DNA from: Podarcis filfolensis
Taxonomy: Eukaryota
DNA length: 64,000 bases
NCBI GenBank assembly: GCA_964270895.1
Contig: OZ185436.1
Strand: one strand, 5' to 3'
Below are positions 57,201 through 64,000 of the stretch, in pieces (positions within the stretch are counted from its first letter, which is position 1; each line of letters opens with the position of its first letter). The notes under the pieces were generated by a model that had not been told where the DNA came from, did not search any database, and worked only from the letters and a program-made list of their open reading frames with translations. The translations under genes were made by a program, and so were the position numbers.

Positions 57201-60200
57201 CATAGGAGGAGAAAAGGAGACACTCTCCCTTCTGTAGCAGCTCTGAGTGACCCCCAAGACCAGCTGCCAGCTCCCCTCACTCTCCCCACCACACAAATGT
57301 TCCAAGGGGAGGTTCTGGCCTAGTGCTAGGTCCAGTGGGCTGCAGCGCCACAATGGCTGTGAGGGGATGCTAAATGGGGGGGTTGGGGGTCTGCCCTGGG
57401 TAGGAGAGAAGACAGAGGAGCCAGCAAGTCAGTCCTGCAAAATAACTGCATTTCCCACTCCAAGGAAACATGCTTGTCCTCACCCCAGGACACAGCAGAC
57501 AAGACAACAAAAGGCAGCCCCCACACCAGAGACACACACAGAGCAGGGCAGGCCGTGCGCAGACATTGCACAGGGCAAAGGGAGGGGGAGGGGGTGCACA
57601 GACAGACAAACAGGCACAGACACCCAGCAGGCCAGCAAAAAATAAAAAAGGGTGGGGAGAAAAAAAAGAGAGAGGCAAATGGGGCACCTCCATTCCTGCT
57701 GCAATGAGCTGGAGGGAGGCTTCAGAGGGAAAGGGCCATGTCCCTGGGGGTGGGAAAGAGTTGGCCGTAGACAGCAAGCTCTGGAGACCAGCTTGACAGA
57801 TGCTCTACCCCTTCCTCCACCACTGCTGAAGCCAGGAATTAATGGAGCAAGCCTTCCCCCCCACTCACCACCTGCCAGCCCAGGAGAGACCCCAAAGGAA
57901 CCAAGGGAGGAGGTGGTCACCTGGCCCCAGAGGCCAAAACAGGTCAACTCTCGACACAGCAGGAGTTTTGGTGGGCAGTGGTGGTAATGAGAGGGTTTGT
58001 GCTGATGGCTGCACCCACATCTTTCCTTTCCTGACACCTTACAGCTCTAGAGAGAAAAGTCGGTAGATGCCCCCACACTAAACGTCCTAAAATAGAACAA
58101 AAACCAGAGTGTCTAACAAAAACAAGAAATGCAACCCCGGATTTCTGCAGGCTCTGGAAAGGCGAGGGGCTGATTGTGTTTGGAGGGTGAGCAATGAGAT
58201 GAGGCGAACTCCCAAGAACTGAGGGCAAATGGCAGGTCTCTTGTGGGCATTGGAGGCGGCTGTTGGTTGCTCTGAACGTGGAGGGAGGAGGACCCTGGAA
58301 AATGTCCACAGCGGAGAGGGAAGCTCGCCTCTCCAAGCCCCAGGCAAGTTGGCAGCTTGTGGGGCAGGGGAGAAAGGCGGCCCAGGCCCATTGCAGCAGG
58401 AACGGCCCGAAGTCCTACAAAACAGCAACCCAGGTGGATGGCAAGGTGGTGCAGGCGGGCGGTGGGAGGCACGCGCCGACGGATACATTACCACAGGAGG
58501 CTTATTCCCCGACTCCTTCAAACAAAAAGCGATGGCATGCTGGATGCAATAGCAAAGAAAAGAGAGAGCCTGATCAATGCACCCGCAAGGAGGGAGGAGA
58601 GAGGAGGAAAGGGCTGCTGCTGCTGCCTTGCAAGGCTGGGGAACAGGGTAGGGGTAGGGGGTTGCAGGGAAGGCCTAGCCAAGGCCTAGCTTTCTGCCTG
58701 GGGTGATTAAAGCCTCCCCAGCATGCACCTGGGGCTCCCGAGAGAGCCCTCTCTCCCTTCCGGAGCACCCCACACTCCTGAACACTAAACGCAATGTAGC
58801 ATCCAGGCCTAAGTTCGGACTAGTCCGCACTCTGGGCTGCACTGAGTACAGCTGGGCAGCAAGCAAATGGCGGGTTGAGGGGGAGGGGGACAGAAGGCAA
58901 CACAGAAGGGGGGAATACAGGAATGTCGTGTAACTAGCATGCTGTTCCTACTTGGCAGCTCCAGGCATGAGCTGCCCTGCTCTGGCTGTCTCTTAACCCC
59001 TCTGCACAAATGAAAACCGGGGCTTCTCGGTTGATCTCTGAGGCAGTCCCTCTTGCCTGTCCGTTAGACCCCAGGGCACCTGTAACCCCAAGGAGGTTGA
59101 GTTATTCAGGGCAGGAAGAAGAGATCCGTTAAGCACCCACCGCCACCGCCAGAACCCAACCCTCATGTGCCCCAACACGCGGAGCTAAGAGAGAGCAAAG
59201 CAGGAGCGGGTTGCGGAGGGAAGGGAGATGAGAACAAAGGATGCTGGGATATACCAGCATCCCAGCAGCTGGTGTCTCATGTGGGAACACGCCTTCTCCT
59301 CCTCCTCCTCCTCCTCCCGGGACAGGGTCCCCTCTGCCCTCAAAGTCTCCCCAAAGTTCAGGCAGGTGCCCATCCCACAGGGAGCAGGGCAATGTCGTCC
59401 CCTCAGCCTTTCCCTCACTGAAACACACACACACACACACACTCAGGTATCTCTGCTCCAAGGTCCTAAATCCCCAGCATCCTTTGCTCTGGGTCCCCCT
59501 GGCATGCAGCGCAGGAGCCAAAAGCAGCAGGGAGATAATAAGTAAAGCCACCCACTTACAGGAACCAGTTTCCAGTACCACCTTGTGGGACACTGAAGCA
59601 GAGGAAAAGATGCAGAAAAAGACAGCTCTGTCACATAACACACCGTGACGGTATTGCACTCGCAGCACAGGAAGCCGGAGGGGCAGCTTGGGCTGGGATG
59701 AGGCCTTGTCGTTGGGCCCATCGGGAACATGAACGGGACAGCTTCTCAGGCAGGCAACCCGCCTCCGCCCCCTCAATATGGTCTGACCGCTCTGGCCAAC
59801 AGAGCCAGTGAGCCAGCCCCACAGAATGGATTTGGGGGAGAAGTCAAGGATCTCTGGTTGCCCACAAAGCAAGGACAAAGCAGACAAAGGCCACCTCACA
59901 GGAGGAGGGCGAAGCAGCAGATTTACAAGGGGGGGAGGCAGGGAATCCTTGGGGTGCAGGGAGTTCCCAAACATGAGCTAGAGTTGGGGGGCAGGGAGTC
60001 AGTCAGAAGGGAGGAAGCAAATTCTATCTTCGAAGGAAAGAGCGGGAGGGAAAGGGTGTGGCTCGTACACAGAACAAAGCCGGCATGGATAAAGCCACCC
60101 TTCCGTCGCCACGCTTTAGCAACTGGGGCAGGGCCCACAAATGGCCTCCCTCCCTCCCACTCCAGCTCCACCACAAGTCCAGACTCCCTCCCTGCTCCAT

Positions 60201-62088
60201 TCAGAAGGAAGCTGCACGAGGCAAGCAAACGCACCTTGGGACCGCTGTTGGAGGCCTGGGTCTGGCCGTCTGTTCCTGGAGCAGCCCGCTGAGTGCATTC
60301 CTGCTCGCTGCTTTGCTGTATCTTGTGGATGATCTGGAGGAAGGAAGCAAGGAGCATGCTGTTGTTTTTTGTTTTGCTTTTTATAAATACAGTCGTACCT
60401 TGGAAGTCTAACAGAATCCATTCCAGAAGTCCGTTCAACTTCCAAAACATTCAAAAACCAAAGCGTGGCTTCTGATTGTCTTCCTGCAGCCAGTCAGAAG
60501 CCCCGTTGGATGTTCAGCTTCCAAAAATAGTTTGCAAACCGGAACAGGCATTTCTGGGTTTGCGGCATTCGGGAACTACAATACTTTTCTTTCTATTAGA
60601 CGCCCCCATGTATAAGACCCCCCTATTTGGGGGGACTCAATTTTAAGAAAATGAGGGGAGATGGCTCAAAGTTGTTGAGCCTCTCCCCCCACGCAGCTGT
60701 GGGCAAGAAACACTCCCTAGATCATTTCCCACACACAGGTAGGAAGTGTTTCCCTCGCACAGCAGCATAGAGGGAAGGTGTGCTCCAGCCAGTCAGCCGG
60801 TTGGCCAAAGGGCACCTTCCCCTGATGCCGCTGTGTGTGCGGGAAATGATCCAGGGAGTACTTCCCATGCGCAGCAGCATCGGGGGAAGCTGCGTGTCGC
60901 CAGCCAGTGCCCCCAGATCGCTCCCTGTAGGCAGCAGCATCAGGAGAAGCTGCATGCCGCCACACAGCACTTCCAGATCGCGGCACTTCCAGCGGCATCT
61001 CCCCCCATGCCACTATCCATGTATTGGACGACCCCAGTTTTTTGACATGATTTTTGTGTCAAAAAACCTCATCCAATACATGGGAAAATACGGTAAGCTG
61101 TTCCAAAACCAAGGTATGACTTTATTTTTACTGATTTTTTTTTTCAGTACAGGATACAATAAAAGTCAAACTAATTTAAAGAAAAAAGCGTGTTGAGAAG
61201 ACACACACCTTACCAATCCCTGCACATCCCACCCACAGACCACTTTAAGGTGCTGGAGGTCCCTCCTCTCCTACTCTCCTCTCCTTCGCAAACAGGTCAT
61301 GTTATATGTGTCTCCAAAAACATGACTGCCTTCCTGAGTCCAGGCCAAAAAGAGATAAATGACTTGTGGCACCTTATTAAAGATGACAAATGTGTTACGG
61401 GGATAAACTTTCATGGATTAGAGATCCCTTTATCAGATGCATGAAGTTAATCCCCCACTGGCATGTGGGTGTAAAAAAACTTTTGTTGGAGAGGAAAGGG
61501 CAATGAAATGCAACTCCACTTGAGCTTAAATGTATGCAAAGTAAGCCCAGCGCCCCTTCACAACAGAAGCAAATTAGTGATAGACTGAAACAGGCCGGAA
61601 CAGAATCAAGGAACTGCCCCTTTTATTTAATATTTTATCCGAAGTTTCTATTAGGTCATATTCAAAACCAATGAAAAAACTATGTTTATTAACCTGCCCC
61701 TATCCTTTGGGCTCCAGGTGAGATTTTACAGCAATTTTTAGTAGGATAAATCTATGTCCCCAAAGGGCTCACAAATGTAAGTAATCCATCCAAACCATTT
61801 TACTCCAACCTCACATTTTCCATGTCAGAGGTTGGATAGTGCAGCTGGGCATGGACTAGTGCAGATGTGGAGAACCTCTGGCCCTCCAGATATTGCTAAA
61901 CTACAACCATGACTGGCCACTGGCTATCCTTGCAGGGGCTGATGGGAGTTGTATTTCATTGACCTCTAGAGGAGTAAAGGTTCCTGGAGTAGAGAATCAA
62001 ACAAACTTGCTGTGTGAATAAAGTGAGACGTTAACTCCCTCTATGCCCACCTAAGTAATCTGGAGGAAGCACAAATATCAAGAATAGC

Positions 62089-62136
<48 letters not shown>

Positions 62137-62286
62137 AAATAAATAAGGTACCATGTCTATCCAGTGCAGAAGTTTCTGGTCCCAGGAGATGGCTGCCAGA
62201 TCAGTGCCTGGCGTAACACTCAGTGAGCTGGTGGCTTCCAACGCAAACGCTGTCATCAGTGAGTCAATCAATGCCAGGTGCGCACC
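45289..62286 (-). CDS. CAMSAP3: Calmodulin-regulated spectrin-associated protein 3 (CH domain, coiled coils, CKK domain), 5'-partial; 17 exons visible, 1208 codons plus stop
   Basis: Exons in transcription order: 62152..62286, 60235..60333, 59560..59592, 58492..58539, 56622..56760, 56330..56469, 55691..55784, 54116..54167, 52159..52235, 50979..51051, 49053..50781, 47885..48021, 47154..47386, 46871..46967, 46565..46683, 46182..46300, 45289..45591 = 3627 nt with consistent phases. Peptides IRYRKD, SFSIPFGLDSDVD, LEEKRRAIEAQKKRIE and GPKLYKEPSAKSNK, plus the CKK domain. The first exons lie beyond 64000. Minus-strand AATAAA at 43806-43811. Confidence 0.96.
53660..53935 (+). mobile_element. Squamate SINE (Squam3-like) interrupted by a MITE remnant; older copy at ~38180-38350
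   Basis: ggcatctctaggtagggctggga...gtgtagacaacattgag...ggtctggttcagcataaggcaatt matches a common squamate SINE body. Confidence 0.55.
58492..58539 (-). CDS. CAMSAP3: CAMSAP3 48-nt alternative exon (HAIAFCLKESGNKPPV)
   Basis: Acceptor ttttctttgctattgcatccag, donor GTG|GTAATG, phase 0-0; matches the long CAMSAP3 isoform insert. Confidence 0.9.
59560..59592 (-). CDS. CAMSAP3: CAMSAP3 33-nt alternative microexon (CPTRWYWKLVP)
   Basis: Acceptor ttttcctctgcttcag, donor CCT|GTAAGT, phase 0-0; same peptide as the long mammalian CAMSAP isoforms. Confidence 0.9.
60390..61122. mobile_element. Tc1/mariner (Tigger-like) MITE, outer element of a nested pair
   Basis: TA|CAGTCGTACCTTGG...CCAAGGTATGACTT|TA terminal inverted repeats with TA target sites. 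Confidence 0.75.
60579..61093. mobile_element. Second Tc1/mariner-type MITE nested in the first
   Basis: Right end atacatgggaaaatacgg|TA, degenerate left end TA|caatacttttc...tattagacg, TA duplication at 60577-60578 and 61094-61095, internal gcagcagcatc..gaagctgc repeats. Confidence 0.7.
62089..62133. repeat. (GATT)n microsatellite
   Basis: Directly visible, about 11 units. Confidence 0.95.
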
Positions 62287-64000
62287 CTGTACGTGTGGCA
62301 AGGAAGAGAGAGACAAGTTAGGCAACCTGTGTTCAGCCATCCCCACAAATGGAGCCAGGCACATAGTTGGGGCCACCCCTAGGTGTGAGATTACACAGGA
62401 AAAGGGAGAACTATCTTCCCATTGATGCTGGGACAGGTGCAAGCAAGCGCCATAATTCCTCACGATGAATTGCCAAGTTCAGTTTACTTTTCTCCCTGCT
62501 TCCTAAAGTTCAGAGACACAGATCAACTATGTTCTGCTCTCCTGTCACAGGGCAACAGGCTAGCCCTCCATGGTATAAGCTGCTTTCTCCAGTGTAATAA
62601 AGCACATAGAGTGTCGGGGGCATGCTAGAAGGACAGCGTCTTGGCTGGGGTGAATAAGCAGGAATGACTGAATGGAGTTACCACCAGATGCAGGCTGGCA
62701 GCACATAGATGTGTTTACTCTGGAAGTGCATACTCGATTCTGACCAAACTAAGCTTCCTGATGTATATTTTGCTCTAGGGGGCTTAGTTTGGTCAGAATC
62801 TAGTATACACTTTCAGAGTTAATGCTAAATACATTACTTCTGGTAAATGAGCCACCATAGTTGCTAGAGGGCTGTGCAAATTTGTGTCCTGGGCTTTTTA
62901 GCCTCCTCTACCCATGTACTATCTGAAGCCAAAAGGGTGCATTGGTTGCCAGATGTGAAATATATTGGCATTATTTTCAGCTCTCCCACCCCACTACAAG
63001 GACTGGAGTCTTGGGCCAGATCATGGTAACACGAGAATCCCCCTTGCTGTGCCTGACTGAGCAAGCTCAGTCCCAGTCTTACACCACAGGAGAGCAGATT
63101 AGTTGCCTTAAGCTTTTAATGCTGTTAAGGAGAACCTGGATGAGAGAAGCCTGGGGGCAAAGGGAACATGTGCTAGGTGCAGATATTGGGCTTTATTACC
63201 AGCATCGTCATCATGCATGCAGTCTGCTTGCCCCCATGTTTCCCTCCAAATTCTGCATGCAAGATCTCTCAGTGCCCCAAGCCCAGGAACTATGGGTCCA
63301 GGAGCAACAGCCTCTTCTGCTTCTGGGCAGGTCTAATAGGATAGGCTACAAGCCAATTATCTCTGCGAAGACCCTAGCAACAATGCCAGCTGCCTTCTGA
63401 TATTCTAAAGTGGCAGGGGGAGATGGAAGACAGCATCTTTCTTGATAGGACCCATTTGCAGTCCACAGTGGACTTGCAGTGGTTGACAAAGGTCACAGTT
63501 GTGATGTACAGACATGGGGAGAGAAGCAGCAGATAGAACATTAGACTGGAAGACCCAAAATTGTCTGTGGTCTCTCCAAGCAAAGCTGAAATCCTTCTAG
63601 CCAAGAGGTTTAAGCAGGTGGGATAAACTTGAGCCACTTCCTATGGAAATATGAAGGAAGGTCCCAGGCCCTGAATAATGGTACTTTTGTCTGTTAAGCT
63701 CCTGAACAGAAAATGTGACAGGGAACTCTCCCTCCTACAACCTCACCCCCATGGCAGAAGCAGCACTAGAAGATTTTCTGCCAGCAGTGATCTGCTAACA
63801 AGAAATGGAAAAAAGTGAAGTCTCTGCTGAGTCAAGGGGGGAGGGGAATATCCAACACAGCATAAAGTGAATGTTCCATCAGCACGGGGATTTTTGCTTG
63901 TGCAACGGAATGTTCTTCCCCTCTCCTCCCCCTGCAAAGCTGTTCCAGGGGTTTCTCCAACCCTCTGGAGTAGATTTAGGGAGGGTGCATGGCACATGCA

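Noticed and set aside
56934-59974. Many 100-280-aa ORFs in CAMSAP3 introns
   Set aside because: Low-complexity G/A-rich intron sequence; only the two short alternative exons are recognisable.
63374-63997. Minus-strand ORFs as CAMSAP3 exon 2
   Set aside because: No match to the expected EPFYTDQY/LLLSAELYC peptide; part of the region is a MITE-like repeat.

Overview
Vertebrate genomic DNA. The repeat content (BovB, L2, CR1-tailed tRNA SINEs, Penelope end, hAT and Tc1/mariner MITEs) points to a squamate reptile, probably a lacertid lizard (inference). Four genes can be built exon by exon with GT-AG boundaries and consistent phases, in the order known from human 19p13.2: PCP2 (+, GoLoco protein, 1015-22941), PET100 (-, 24187-26518), XAB2/SYF1 (+, 19 exons, 26794-42577) and CAMSAP3 (-, 17 exons visible, 45289-62286, 5' part outside the window). 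PET100 and XAB2 share a ~275-bp bidirectional CpG promoter. Main observations: (1) a perfect 105-bp-arm palindrome in XAB2 intron 3, derived from a Penelope-like element, that carries a minimal type-I hammerhead ribozyme motif on both strands; (2) a distal PCP2 terminal exon encoding a third, degenerate GoLoco-like helix without the D/E-Q-R triad, with a competing short terminal exon upstream; (3) two CAMSAP3 microexons flanked by SRRM4- and Rbfox-type motifs; (4) a solo LTR with a perfect 5-bp TSD inside an old L2, a hAT element with a perfect 8-bp TSD, and nested Tc1/mariner MITEs. No CRISPR array, rRNA or true tRNA gene was seen. All homology calls come from recall, not from a database search.
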